This document shows, one piece after another, positions 34,909 to 44,850 of a DNA stretch of 53,286 nt. Position numbers and translations under genes: made by a program. The DNA lies in the IMG/VR virus record IMGVR_UViG_3300023181_000036, positions 1-53,286 of that record; one strand, given 5' to 3'. Source of the stretch: a virus. Its lineage: Duplodnaviria > Caudoviricetes. Position 1 is the first letter of the stretch. Every line of letters starts with the position of its first letter. Below the pieces are notes generated by a model. It was not told the DNA's origin. It did no database searches and was given only the letters and a program-made list of their open reading frames with translations.

Positions 34909-35694
34909 ATGGCCCTGACCAAAGCACAACAAGCCGCTGCCGCGAAGAAGGCGAAAGCCGCAGCCGCGAAGTCCGCTGCACCCGCAAATACCGAAGCCAC
35001 CAACGACGGCGGCGCGACCGAAATCAACCTGCAACACCTGACCCACATCGTCACGCAGACGCAGAGCGCCGCAGGCTTCTGCTACTCGCCCGCCGAAGTC
35101 AATGCACCGCTGTTGGCCGCTGGCCTTGTCGCCGTGCGTGAAGACGTGACGGACGAATCCGGCCACATCGCCACCAAGGCCACCGAAGCGGGCATCGCCT
35201 ACGTTGCTTCGCGCGGCAGTCCGTTCGGCGCTGCCGCATCGACCACCGCAGCATCCGGCAACGGCGGCGGTGACGCCAGCACGACCGGCAACGCCAATCA
35301 GCCCACGGGCGATGCCAACGTCGTTGCGCCTGCCAGCCGCGTCAAGGCTGTGGCCCCGGAAGGTGGCTTCAAGCTCGTGTCCGGCGTGCCCATGCCCGAA
35401 GTCACGCGCAAGTTCGGTGCCAAGCCCGCGATCTATCCGTTCGCGGATATGGAAGTCGGCCAATCGTTCTTCGTCGCCGCAACCGAAGCGCGCCCGAACC
35501 CGGCAAAGCAGATGGCATCGACCGTCAACAGCGCAACGCAGCGCTTCACCGTCGAAGACGGCACGCACGTCGTTGACGGGCAGACCGTGGCGAAGTGGAA
35601 GAAGACCCGGACCTTTTCCCTGCGCAACATCGATGACGGCGCGCCCTACGGCTTCCCTGGCGTCAAGGGCGCAGCGGTGTTCCGTACGGCCTAA
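34909..35694 (+). CDS. Putative DNA-binding protein with an A/K-rich N-terminus
   Basis: RBS AAGGAG; C-terminal domain GVPMP..YPFADMEVGQSFFV; strongly biased codons. Confidence 0.7.
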   Translation: MALTKAQQAAAAKKAKAAAAKSAAPANTEATNDGGATEINLQHLTHIVTQTQSAAGFCYSPAEVNAPLLAAGLVAVREDVTDESGHIATKATEAGIAYVASRGSPFGAAASTTAASGNGGGDASTTGNANQPTGDANVVAPASRVKAVAPEGGFKLVSGVPMPEVTRKFGAKPAIYPFADMEVGQSFFVAATEARPNPAKQMASTVNSATQRFTVEDGTHVVDGQTVAKWKKTRTFSLRNIDDGAPYGFPGVKGAAVFRTA

Positions 35695-35711
35695 ACAGCC
35701 GTGAAAAGTGC

Positions 35712-35740
35712 TTGACGGTGCGGCGGTGACGCCGTATCGT
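35712..35740 (+). promoter_or_regulatory. Sigma70-like promoter
   Basis: TTGACG-17-TATCGT. Confidence 0.6.
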
Positions 35741-35774
35741 CAAGGTTCCCTCCCAACCTGAAAAGGAAATCATC

Positions 35775-36110
35775 ATGAAACGTTCCATCTACGGCCTTGC
35801 TGCCGCCCTGGCATTGGCCTGTTGCGCCCTCACTGCCAACGCCACCGAAAATCCGTTTATCGCCTTCGCCTCCGCCTCCGTTTCCAGCCCCGGCGCCTCC
35901 GACTACGCCAAGACCGCGGTTTCGTCCTTCGACGTGCAAGCAACCTACGTGATCGTGCCGGCCGCTCCGACGCCCGCCTACGTCATGCAGCCCGAAGCCA
36001 AGGTCCGCTACGCGTCGTTCTTCGTCGCCCGCGACTCCGGCAAGTCCCCCAGCCTGGGCGGCTACGGTGCCACGCTCCGTTACGACAAGGGCGGCAGTCA
36101 CCGAATGTGA
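35775..36110 (+). CDS. Exported protein (signal peptide)
   Basis: MKR + hydrophobic core + ANA cleavage motif; RBS AAGGA. Confidence 0.7.
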   Translation: MKRSIYGLAAALALACCALTANATENPFIAFASASVSSPGASDYAKTAVSSFDVQATYVIVPAAPTPAYVMQPEAKVRYASFFVARDSGKSPSLGGYGATLRYDKGGSHRM

Positions 36111-36141
36111 CAACGGCCTGACGGCCTACACACTCTGAAGC

Positions 36142-36169
36142 AAAAGGCCCTTTCGGGCCTTTTCTTTTT
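36142..36169 (+). terminator. Rho-independent terminator (possibly bidirectional)
   Basis: AAAAGGCCC-TTTC-GGGCCTTTT-CTTTTT. Confidence 0.88.
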
Positions 36170-36221
36170 GGTGTTACACTTCCGCAAACTCGGCGGTTCC
36201 GAGTACACTCAGGCGAACATC

Positions 36222-36542
36222 ATGCCCAACTCTGCTGCATCTGCAAAGACCCGTTACATGAAATTCAGCCCTGAAATCAATACCGGAACGATCATTCAAA
36301 TTTTGGTCATCATTGCCGGTATCGCACTCGGTTACGGTGATCTGAAGGGCGAGCAACGTGTACAGGCCAATCAGCTTGTTGACATGAAGGCCCAAGCCGC
36401 GACCACTGCCGCAACGCAGAACGGCGCACTGACCGACATCAAGGCCGAACTCAAAGAAATTGCCCGCGCAACGCAAGGCCTGAAAGAAGACGTTGCCGTA
36501 TTGCGTGGCCGTGCTGCTGAAACAACCGGGGTGAAACGATGA
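36222..36542 (+). CDS. Single-TM coiled-coil lysis protein (holin/antiholin or i-spanin-like)
   Basis: TM IIQILVIIAGIALGY plus a coiled coil; directly upstream of the endolysin. Confidence 0.55.
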   Translation: MPNSAASAKTRYMKFSPEINTGTIIQILVIIAGIALGYGDLKGEQRVQANQLVDMKAQAATTAATQNGALTDIKAELKEIARATQGLKEDVAVLRGRAAETTGVKR

Positions 36543-37024
36543 ATGATCCGCTTCTCGAAACCATCGAACGCACAGCCGTGCGTCCGGCGTTTGAACTCCT
36601 GGCGAAGCCCTGGACAAACGAAGCCCGTGTCATGATGCTGACCATTGGCCTGCAAGAAAGCCAGTTCAAGTACCGGCGTCAGATGAACCAGGGTCCGGCT
36701 ACCGGCTTCTGGCAATTCGAGAACGGCGGGGGTGTCCGTGGCGTCATGACGCACGACGCGAGCAAGCTCCTTGCCGAACGCCTGTGCAAGGCCCGTGGCG
36801 TAGCCTTCACTCGCGGGGATGTGTGGGCACGCCTGGAGACGGATGACGTGCTTGCGGCAGGCTTCGCGCGCCTCCTGCTGTTGACGGACCCGAAGCCCCT
36901 GCCGCCTGTGCTGGCTATGCACATGGCATGGGACTACTACGAACGCAACTGGCGTCCTGGCAAGCCGCACCCCGACAAGTGGCCCGCGAACCATCAGCGC
37001 GTCCTGAAGTACCTGGGCCTGTGA
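36539..37024 (+). CDS. Endolysin, lysozyme/transglycosylase-like
   Basis: IGLQES catalytic Glu, GPATGFWQFE, YYERNWRPG. Confidence 0.8.
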   Translation: MNDPLLETIERTAVRPAFELLAKPWTNEARVMMLTIGLQESQFKYRRQMNQGPATGFWQFENGGGVRGVMTHDASKLLAERLCKARGVAFTRGDVWARLETDDVLAAGFARLLLLTDPKPLPPVLAMHMAWDYYERNWRPGKPHPDKWPANHQRVLKYLGL

Positions 37025-37025
37025 C

Positions 37026-37415
37026 GTGATCGAGCCGCCTGCTATTCCGACAGGACGGATTAACCTGCTGATCGCTACGGCATTCGTCATGGTTATTGTC
37101 TGCCTTATCGTCATCGTTTTTGCTGCGTTGGATGATGAATTCTCCAAAGCTACGATTACGCTGATTCTGGGGCGGTTCCTCGGGTACACCGATAATATCT
37201 ACAACTATGACTTCGGTACGACGCGATCCAGTGCAAACAAGGATGCGACGATCAATACCTTGACCAAGACCGCATCTGTTGTTGCCGCAACAGCACAAGC
37301 AACACAAGTCGCAGCGGATAACGTAACGACTACCGAATCACCTACGCAAGTAGATGAAGTGAAGATAGAAGCGAAGACCGCATCTATCGTTGTCGATAAC
37401 CAAACCAAAGGATAA
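37026..37415 (+). CDS. Holin-like membrane protein
   Basis: TM plus an amphipathic segment; Y.FG..SS.NKD motif. Confidence 0.65.
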   Translation: MIEPPAIPTGRINLLIATAFVMVIVCLIVIVFAALDDEFSKATITLILGRFLGYTDNIYNYDFGTTRSSANKDATINTLTKTASVVAATAQATQVAADNVTTTESPTQVDEVKIEAKTASIVVDNQTKG

Positions 37416-37417
37416 GC

Positions 37418-37792
37418 ATGAAACGTCTCTTTCTCATTGTTCTGTTCGCGCTCGCAGCCGTTGGCTGTGCCGCGCCTTCGGCAGGCTCCGGCCCGTCGTA
37501 CCAGCAAGGCGTCTTCCAAGCCAAGACGCAGTACAGCGCCGCGTTGACTGCCGCCGTTGCGTACAAGCGCCTGCCCACGTGCACAGCTACCGTGCCGCTG
37601 CCGTGTTCGCAGCCTGCCGTCATTGCGCAACTGCAAAAAGCCGACAACGTTGCCGCGCAGGCACTCGACGCGGCTGAAGTCGCTGTCAGAACGCCGGGGT
37701 TCGGTGCGTCCGTCGTATCGAGCGCCGTCGCCGCCGCGAATGCCGCCATGCAGGCATTCGTTTCCATCACAACTACCCTGGGGACGAAATGA
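37418..37792 (+). CDS. Lipoprotein (spanin candidate)
   Basis: MKR + hydrophobic core + lipobox AVGC. Confidence 0.75.
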   Translation: MKRLFLIVLFALAAVGCAAPSAGSGPSYQQGVFQAKTQYSAALTAAVAYKRLPTCTATVPLPCSQPAVIAQLQKADNVAAQALDAAEVAVRTPGFGASVVSSAVAAANAAMQAFVSITTTLGTK

Positions 37793-37998
37793 ACGCTACC
37801 GCACTCGCATACGCACTGCAACTGATGACGGCCTTGCCGGGGTTGGTGCAAGCAGGCAAAGACATCAAAGACATCGTTGCCAAGGGCGCAGCGCGGATCG
37901 AAGCCATGCAAGCGGAGGGGCGTGAGCCCACCGCCGCCGAATGGAAAGAACTGCAAGACGACATCGACCCCAAGCGGGCCGAACTGCACGGCAGGTAA
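37789..37998 (+). CDS. Small helical protein at the end of the lysis cassette
   Basis: ATGA-coupled to the lipoprotein gene. Confidence 0.65.
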   Translation: MNATALAYALQLMTALPGLVQAGKDIKDIVAKGAARIEAMQAEGREPTAAEWKELQDDIDPKRAELHGR

Positions 37999-38059
37999 AA
38001 ACGCAGCGGAACGCGCACAGTCTCGTTCCGCTGCCCCCAATGTGGGCTATACTGGCCCC

Positions 38060-38572
38060 ATGTACCCCTCAACGGACCTTATCCCTGCCGCCGACGCACC
38101 GAAGCTGAAAACAGCCTTCGCTGAAGCGTTGCTGCGCAACCCAGATAACGCGTTCCAAGCAGGTACCCAGGTGTTCGGCGCTGAGACGAACAAGGCCCTT
38201 TTCGCGGCTACCCAATGGGTCAATGACGATTTCGTATTGCATGAGAAGGCACGGCTGCTGAAGACAAGTGGTGCCCGCGCGTTCCTGCCGTCGAAGGAGG
38301 ACTACGCGCGTGAAGTGTGGAAGACCGCCACTGACCCCAAATGCCCTATTGAAGATAAGCGCGGCTTGCTGTCGCTGTACGGCGATGTCATGGGGTACAA
38401 AGAAGCTGCCGCCAAGCCCACGGGCGGTATCACGGTCAACAATAACCGTGTGATGATCGTCAAGGATCACGGCACGGATTCGGATTGGGAACGCCGTGCC
38501 ATGCAGCAACAGCATGCCCTCACGCGGGGCAACGCTGACGTTATTGACGCCGAAGTTGTGACGACGCACTGA
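38060..38572 (+). CDS. terS: Terminase small subunit
   Basis: Directly upstream of and overlapping terL; helical, ~170 aa. Confidence 0.7.
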   Translation: MYPSTDLIPAADAPKLKTAFAEALLRNPDNAFQAGTQVFGAETNKALFAATQWVNDDFVLHEKARLLKTSGARAFLPSKEDYAREVWKTATDPKCPIEDKRGLLSLYGDVMGYKEAAAKPTGGITVNNNRVMIVKDHGTDSDWERRAMQQQHALTRGNADVIDAEVVTTH

Positions 38573-40107
38573 TGGCCGTATTCAGCGACATTAGCGCGGT
38601 ATGGACTCCGCTTGAGAATACGAGCCAAGAGATTGCACTCGATACGCGTTGTCATCATACACTATATTGCGGTAGCCGTGGTCCCGGTAAAACGGACGTG
38701 CAGCTTATGCGGTTCCGTAGACGTGTGGGCTTGGGCTACGGATCGTTCTGGCGTGGCATCATCCTTGACCGTGAGCATAAGAACCTTGATGACTTGGTAG
38801 CGAAGTCAAAGCGATGGTTCTACCAATTCAATGACGGTGCTGAATTTCATAGCGCAACGAACGCGTACAAATGGGTGTGGCCTACCGGAGAAGAACTGCT
38901 TTTTCGTACCGCAAAGAAAGAAGAAGACTATTGGAGCTACCACGGGCAGGAGTTTCCTTTTATTGGCTGGAACGAGCTAACGAAGTACCCCACAGAGAAG
39001 ATATATAGTCTTTTCATGTCGTGTAATCGTTCGTCCTGGACACAGGAGAAGGATTCCAAGATAGACGAAGAAACAGGCGAGTATGATCTACCGCCGATTC
39101 CGCTTGAAGTGTTCTCGACAACGAACCCTTGGGGCGCGGGCCATCCCTGGGTCAAAGCGAAGTTCATTGACCCAGTACCGTACGGCCATGTGCTGCGGCA
39201 TACCGTTCGCGTGTTCAACCCGCAGACGCAGGAAGACTTTGACGTTGTGCGTACGCAGGTCACGATCTTCGGTTCGTACAAAGAGAACAAATATCTTGAC
39301 CCGGTGTATATCTCCAACCTTGAATCGGAGAAGGACGAGAACCTGCGTAAAGCATGGCTGACCGGATCATGGGACATCGTAGCAGGCGGCGCGTTCTCGT
39401 CGTACTGGAAAAAGAATGTGCATGAGAAGCAACGCTTTCCGGTGCCCGCGAACTGGCGCATTGATCGTACATTCGATTGGGGGTCATCGCATCCGTTCTG
39501 GGTTGGATGGTGGGCCGAAGCGAACGGCGAAGAAGTCAAGATTCAACATCCTGACGGACACATCGAAACGTTCTGCCCGCCAGCTAAAAGCTACATCCTT
39601 ATTCACGAATGGTACGGTACGCATCGTATCGGCACGAACGAAGGCTTACGTTTAGCCGCAGGCAAAGTAGCTGACGGCATCATTGAACGCGAGAAGGAAT
39701 TGAAGGAACAAGGTTGGATTAGTTCTGACGTACAAGCTGGCCCCGCTGATAACGAAATCCGTAGCGTTAAACAGAGCGACGAAGAAACAATCGAAAAGAA
39801 GATGGCGCGTAAGAAGGTGAAATGGACACATAGCGACAAGTCGAAAGGGTCACGCGTTAACGGTGTCGTACTGATGCAAGAAAGGCTAGAGGCTGCGGTA
39901 GAAAATACCGGCCCTGGTATCTATGTCATGGTGCATAATCGCGCATCTATAGCCATCATTCCTTCCCTTCCCCGTGACTCTGACAAACCCGACGACGTTG
40001 ATACTGAAGCCGAGGATCATCCTTGGGACGGATGGCGCTACAAAATCCTTCAGTCGGTTAAGCGGCTGGCGACCAACATCAAAGTGGGCTTTGCACGCGC
40101 AAAGTAA
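38572..40107 (+). CDS. terL: Terminase large subunit
   Basis: GSRGPGKT, YHGQEFPFIGWNEL, TTNPWG.GH, FDWGS, EDHPWD. Confidence 0.95.
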   Translation: MAVFSDISAVWTPLENTSQEIALDTRCHHTLYCGSRGPGKTDVQLMRFRRRVGLGYGSFWRGIILDREHKNLDDLVAKSKRWFYQFNDGAEFHSATNAYKWVWPTGEELLFRTAKKEEDYWSYHGQEFPFIGWNELTKYPTEKIYSLFMSCNRSSWTQEKDSKIDEETGEYDLPPIPLEVFSTTNPWGAGHPWVKAKFIDPVPYGHVLRHTVRVFNPQTQEDFDVVRTQVTIFGSYKENKYLDPVYISNLESEKDENLRKAWLTGSWDIVAGGAFSSYWKKNVHEKQRFPVPANWRIDRTFDWGSSHPFWVGWWAEANGEEVKIQHPDGHIETFCPPAKSYILIHEWYGTHRIGTNEGLRLAAGKVADGIIEREKELKEQGWISSDVQAGPADNEIRSVKQSDEETIEKKMARKKVKWTHSDKSKGSRVNGVVLMQERLEAAVENTGPGIYVMVHNRASIAIIPSLPRDSDKPDDVDTEAEDHPWDGWRYKILQSVKRLATNIKVGFARAK

Positions 40108-40112
40108 ATACG

Positions 40113-41648
40113 ATGCCTAATCCTGTTACCGCTGTCGATGACGTTACCTATCAACGTGCCGAGCTTACCGCCGCACTGCCACGTTACACGCTTGTACGTG
40201 ACGCGGTAGGTCAACACGTTAAGGACAAGGGCCAAGTCTATTTGCCCAAGCCTTCCCCTGGCGATTTGTCAAGTGATAACGTTCTGCGTTACGCTGCGTA
40301 CGTTGAACGCGCTGTGTTCTACGGCGTCACTGGCCGTACGTTGAACGGCATGGTTGGTCAGGTCTACGCGCGCCCGCCGATGGCGACACTTCCTGCGCTG
40401 CTGTCCGTGATGGAAGCCGATGCAACAGGCTCCGGCTTGAGCATGGAACAGCTATCAAAAGATACAATGGCCGACATCATGAGTTGTGGCCGTGCTGGGC
40501 TCTACGTTGACTATCCGGTGACGAATGCGACGACGACACGCGCGCAACTGCTTGACGGTTCCGTACGTCCTACGCTCACGACCTACGGCCCTGAGAGCGT
40601 CATCAATTGGCGCAGCAAACGACGCGGCTCGAAGCTTGTGCTTGACCTCGTTGTGCTGTACGAGAAGGTTGACGTTCAAGGCGAATTCAGCACGACGCAA
40701 GTTGAACAGTGGCGTGAACTACGGCTTGTGCCGGACGCAGGCGGCAACGACATGTACGTTGTTCGCGTGCACCGCCGCAACACTACGCCTGTAGCAGCGA
40801 CCGGCGCGGTGAAGTCTGTCGCTCCTGAACCTGCGACCAATCCGCAAAGCTGGACCATCACGTCGGCCATTCCGAAAGACGCGGAAGGCTTTCCGTTCAA
40901 CGAGATTCCTTTTACGTTCGTTGGTTCGACCAACAACGATACGGCCATTGACGAAGCGCCGTTGTACGATCTGGCAAACCTGAACATTGCGCACTACCGC
41001 AACAGCGCCGACTACGAAGAAGCCTGTTTCATATGTGGGCAACCTACGCCCTGGTTCTCTGGCCTTACCCAGGAATGGGTGACTGACGTGTTTAAGGGCG
41101 AAGTTCTGCTTGGCTCGCGTGCTGCGATCCCGCTGCCGGAGAACAGTCAAGCAGGGCTCCTGCAAGTCGCTCCGAACAGCATGCCGTTTGAAGCCATGAA
41201 GCACAAGGAAGTGCAGATGGTTGCGCTAGGCGCGCGTCTTGTGGAGAACAGGCAAGTACGGCGTACTGCTTCGGAAGTGACGCAGAGCAATGCGTCAGAG
41301 ACTTCCATTCTTGCGTCCTGCGCTGATAACGTGAGTGCTGCCTACACGAAAATGCTTGGCTTCGCTGCGCGCTTCGTTGGTGCTGCGCCAGAAGAATGCA
41401 AGTACGAACTGAACACCGACTTCGCTATGGTTTCGTTGTCGCCTGAAGATCGTATGCAGCTTATCGCCGACATGCAAGCCGGTGCGCTGTCGTTTACGGA
41501 AGTGCGTACGCAACTGCGGCGTGTGGGCGTGGCGACCCAAGCAGATTCCGAAGCCTTGACCGAGATTAAGGCACGCGCAGAGGCACAAGCAAAGCTTGAA
41601 GCTGATGCCAAACCGCAACCGAACAAAATCGACAACAGAGCGAAGTAA
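40113..41648 (+). CDS. Portal protein (DUF4055-type)
   Basis: YLPKP, RAVFYGVTGRT, IPFTFVGS, PLYDLANLNIAHY. Confidence 0.92.
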   Translation: MPNPVTAVDDVTYQRAELTAALPRYTLVRDAVGQHVKDKGQVYLPKPSPGDLSSDNVLRYAAYVERAVFYGVTGRTLNGMVGQVYARPPMATLPALLSVMEADATGSGLSMEQLSKDTMADIMSCGRAGLYVDYPVTNATTTRAQLLDGSVRPTLTTYGPESVINWRSKRRGSKLVLDLVVLYEKVDVQGEFSTTQVEQWRELRLVPDAGGNDMYVVRVHRRNTTPVAATGAVKSVAPEPATNPQSWTITSAIPKDAEGFPFNEIPFTFVGSTNNDTAIDEAPLYDLANLNIAHYRNSADYEEACFICGQPTPWFSGLTQEWVTDVFKGEVLLGSRAAIPLPENSQAGLLQVAPNSMPFEAMKHKEVQMVALGARLVENRQVRRTASEVTQSNASETSILASCADNVSAAYTKMLGFAARFVGAAPEECKYELNTDFAMVSLSPEDRMQLIADMQAGALSFTEVRTQLRRVGVATQADSEALTEIKARAEAQAKLEADAKPQPNKIDNRAK

Positions 41649-41702
41649 CAAGTTTCTCAACCCGTAGGCGCAGTGCGCCGACTTTTAAACTAGGAAGTTC
41701 CT

Positions 41703-42455
41703 ATGGCTCTCAAAGTAAAAATTACCAAAGCTGAATTCGATAAGCTGTCGGATGTTCTCAAAGCAGAGTACAAAGAGAATGACGCCAAAGACGGCTACAT
41801 TCTCGACGCAGAAGGTGTCGAAGATACCGGCGCATTGAAACGCGCGAAGGATCGTGAAGCGGAAGAAGCAAAGAAGGAAAAGAAGCGTGCAGACGATCTG
41901 CAAGCAGAAATCGACCGACGTGACGCTGCCGATGGCGGTACCGCCGAAGAAAAGGCGCGCAAGGCCGGTGACATCGCAACCCTGGAGAAGTCTTGGACTA
42001 CCAAGATGGACAACGAAGTCAACAAGGTCAAGGGCACGCTGACGCAGCGTGAACAGCATCTGCAAAAGCTGCTGGTGCACGATACCGCGATGCGCCTCGC
42101 GCAGAAGATCAGTACCAAGCCGAACGTGCTGTTGCCGCACATCCTGGCGCGTCTCAGCGCGGACTTGACCGGCGACGAACCGACAACCCGCGTGCTGGAC
42201 AGGGATGGCAAACCGTCAGCGTTGACGATTGCCGAACTCGAAAAAGAATTTGTTGGCAACGACGATTTTGCGGCTATCATCACCGGATCGAAAAGTTCCG
42301 GTGGCGGTGCCCCTGGCGGCAAACAAAACGGTGGCGGTGCCCCGAAGAAGTTTGCGGAAATGACTGGTACAGAGCGGGCGGCGTTGAAAGACAGCGACCC
42401 TGCAACGTATCAGCGAGAAGTTGACGCTGTTCAGAAAAGCAGCGTCAAGTTGTAA
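41703..42455 (+). CDS. Capsid scaffolding protein
   Basis: Charged coiled coil between portal and MCP; SSGGGA tail. Confidence 0.8.
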   Translation: MALKVKITKAEFDKLSDVLKAEYKENDAKDGYILDAEGVEDTGALKRAKDREAEEAKKEKKRADDLQAEIDRRDAADGGTAEEKARKAGDIATLEKSWTTKMDNEVNKVKGTLTQREQHLQKLLVHDTAMRLAQKISTKPNVLLPHILARLSADLTGDEPTTRVLDRDGKPSALTIAELEKEFVGNDDFAAIITGSKSSGGGAPGGKQNGGGAPKKFAEMTGTERAALKDSDPATYQREVDAVQKSSVKL

Positions 42456-42479
42456 CCACCGCTACCTAAGGAGCCCATC

Positions 42480-43493
42480 ATGGCTGTTGTTCGTCTCTCT
42501 GATCTTCAAATCCCCGCCGTATGGAATTCGTACGGTGAAGTCAACTCGCCGGAACTCGTTGCGTTCCTGACGAGCGGTATCGTCACGCAGTCGGCGACGT
42601 TGGACGCCTACGCACGCGGCCCCAGCAAAGACGGTACGCTGACGTACTGGAATGACCTCGACCAAACCATCGAGCCGAACTACAGCAATGATGATCCTGC
42701 GGACATGGCAACGCCGCAGAAGATCAACATGGCCGCGATGGGCTATCGCATTTCCTACCTGAACCAAGGCTGGTCTTCGATGGACCTCGCAGCGGAACTG
42801 CTGGACCAAGACCCCATCGCGCAGATCAAGTCGCGTACCTCAACGTACTGGCTTCGTCGCCTGCAACGTCGCATCGTCGCAATCGGCGTCGGCGTCTGGA
42901 AAAAGAACGTCGCCACAAACTCCAGCGACATGACCATCGACGTTTCGCTGGAAACGACGGTCGGTGTGACGGACGCGAACCGCATCAGTGACGACGTGCT
43001 GATCGACGCGGCCTACACGATGGGCGACCGTACCAACGCGTTCGTTGCCATCGCCATGCACTCCAACGTCATGAAAAAGCTGGTCAAGCAAGACCGCATC
43101 GACTTCGAGAAGGACAGCCAAGGTGCGCTGACGATCCCGTACTACAAGGGTATGTACGTGGTCGTTGACGACGGCATGCCGGTGATCGCCGGTACGACGA
43201 GCGGTTTCCGCTACGTGTCGATGCTGTTCACGCGCGGTTTCATCGGCATGGGCGTCGGTGTTCCCGAAACCCCTGTCGCTGTGCAGCGTGTCGAAGCCGC
43301 AGGACACGGCGGCGGCATGGAGACGTTCTGGGAACGCAAGACGTGGCTGTTGCAGCCCGCAGGCCATACCTGGGTCGAAGGTTCGTTGGCCGAATTCTCC
43401 CCGCGAGATTCGGACCTCGCACTTGCGGCGCACTGGACCCGCGTGTGGGCACGCAAGCAGACGGGGATTGCCTTCCTCGTCACCAACGGCTAA
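42480..43493 (+). CDS. Major capsid protein
   Basis: VRLSD, YWNDLD, EPNYSND, DAAYTMGD, MHS, VVVDDGMP; RBS AAGGAG; terminator follows. Confidence 0.92.
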   Translation: MAVVRLSDLQIPAVWNSYGEVNSPELVAFLTSGIVTQSATLDAYARGPSKDGTLTYWNDLDQTIEPNYSNDDPADMATPQKINMAAMGYRISYLNQGWSSMDLAAELLDQDPIAQIKSRTSTYWLRRLQRRIVAIGVGVWKKNVATNSSDMTIDVSLETTVGVTDANRISDDVLIDAAYTMGDRTNAFVAIAMHSNVMKKLVKQDRIDFEKDSQGALTIPYYKGMYVVVDDGMPVIAGTTSGFRYVSMLFTRGFIGMGVGVPETPVAVQRVEAAGHGGGMETFWERKTWLLQPAGHTWVEGSLAEFSPRDSDLALAAHWTRVWARKQTGIAFLVTNG

Positions 43494-43502
43494 AGCCGCA
43501 TC

Positions 43503-43527
43503 GCAAGGGCCTTCGGGCCTTTGCTTT
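43503..43527 (+). terminator. Terminator after the major capsid gene
   Basis: GCAAGGGCC-TTCG-GGCCTTTGC-TTT. Confidence 0.75.
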
Positions 43528-43556
43528 CATCCCCTTCCACAAACGGAGAATTGAAC

Positions 43557-43961
43557 ATGAAACCTCTTGCCGAACGCATCGTTGAACGCGCCCAGGAAGC
43601 CGCACGCAACGCCGAAAAAGAACAGGCTCCCATCCTGAACACCCAGGCCCAAGCTGAAGCCGATTTGCTCCAGAAGGCCGAACGCGATGGCTGGGCGAAA
43701 ATGCCCACTTTCGAGAAGCGCGTCAAGGGCGCTGCCAAGGACGGCACGATCAAGTCCGAATCCAAGGAAGACCGTGAAGCCCGCGAGCAGGCGGAGAAGG
43801 AAGAAGCTGACGCCCAACGCGCCGAAGACGAAGCCGCCTTGGCCGCTGAAACCGCCGCACGCAAGGCCGGTACCTCCGCCGTGAACCCCTTCGGCGTTGC
43901 TGCCAACGGCGCTCCGGCTGACGCCGTTGTCCAGGCGGCGAAGACCAAGGCAACGAAGTAA
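43557..43961 (+). CDS. Hypothetical A/E/K-rich head-region protein
   Basis: RBS GGAG; contains NPFG. Confidence 0.65.
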   Translation: MKPLAERIVERAQEAARNAEKEQAPILNTQAQAEADLLQKAERDGWAKMPTFEKRVKGAAKDGTIKSESKEDREAREQAEKEEADAQRAEDEAALAAETAARKAGTSAVNPFGVAANGAPADAVVQAAKTKATK

Positions 43962-43964
43962 TCC

Positions 43965-44465
43965 ATGCCGCTGATTGTCGAAGACGGCTCCGGTGTAATT
44001 GGTGCGAATTCCCTCGCATCAATTGCACAGGCGCGCGACTTCGCTTCACTGCGGAATGTGACGCTACCGGGAGACGCGGCCTTGACCGCGTTTCTAGTTA
44101 AGGGAACTGATTACGTAAAGACGTTCTCTTACCTAGGAACCAAGACTTACGCCGGAGTAAGCTATCTTCCTTGGCCGCGTACTGGCCTGACGATTGATGA
44201 TGAAGCATTCGACGGTGATGCGATCCCGCCGGACATCGTTTCCGCAGTCTGCCAACTGTGTATCGAGCAAAAGAATGGTGTCGTTCTTTTCGGCACGTCT
44301 ACCGGCCCTGCGATCCGCCGCGACAAGGTAGGCCCGCTCGAAACAGAATACGCCGTGTCCAATGGCTCCGGCAACGCTGCCAAAGCCTCAATGCCTGCCG
44401 TTGACGCCTACCTGAAGCCCTACCTTGCCGGAGGCGGCTTCTCCCTGCGTACGCGCCGGATTTGA
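43965..44465 (+). CDS. Head-tail adaptor (DnaT-like family)
   Basis: LIVEDGSG..ANS, LPWPR, KVGPLETEY, LKPYL. Confidence 0.85.
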   Translation: MPLIVEDGSGVIGANSLASIAQARDFASLRNVTLPGDAALTAFLVKGTDYVKTFSYLGTKTYAGVSYLPWPRTGLTIDDEAFDGDAIPPDIVSAVCQLCIEQKNGVVLFGTSTGPAIRRDKVGPLETEYAVSNGSGNAAKASMPAVDAYLKPYLAGGGFSLRTRRI

Positions 44466-44466
44466 T

Positions 44467-44850
44467 ATGGGCGTCTACGACCGCCAAATCGCTACCGCCC
44501 TGCGCATGATCCGCGAGAAGGGCGAGCTATGCGTGTGGGCATCATCTACCCAGGCTGAAGCAAACGATAGCGAACCCTGGAACGGTACTCCGTCAGAGTC
44601 GGTGCCATACGAAGATACGCCCATTGTTTTCTTTCCGCTCAATCAGCAGTGGAGCGAGCTTATCCGTTACTTGCGCGGTACGGAAGTACAGTCAGGCAGT
44701 CTATACGGGATCATGCCGCAGGTTGAGTTCAGCCCACAGCTTACCGATTCCGTGACTCGCAGTGACGGTTCCGTGTTGCGTCCTCTTGCTATTGATCCGC
44801 TGTCACCTAACGGTGAAATCATTCTCTACACCATCCGATTCAACAAATGA
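44467..44850 (+). CDS. Head closure / stopper protein
   Basis: Position; YDRQIATALRMI..PNGEIILY. Confidence 0.7.
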   Translation: MGVYDRQIATALRMIREKGELCVWASSTQAEANDSEPWNGTPSESVPYEDTPIVFFPLNQQWSELIRYLRGTEVQSGSLYGIMPQVEFSPQLTDSVTRSDGSVLRPLAIDPLSPNGEIILYTIRFNK

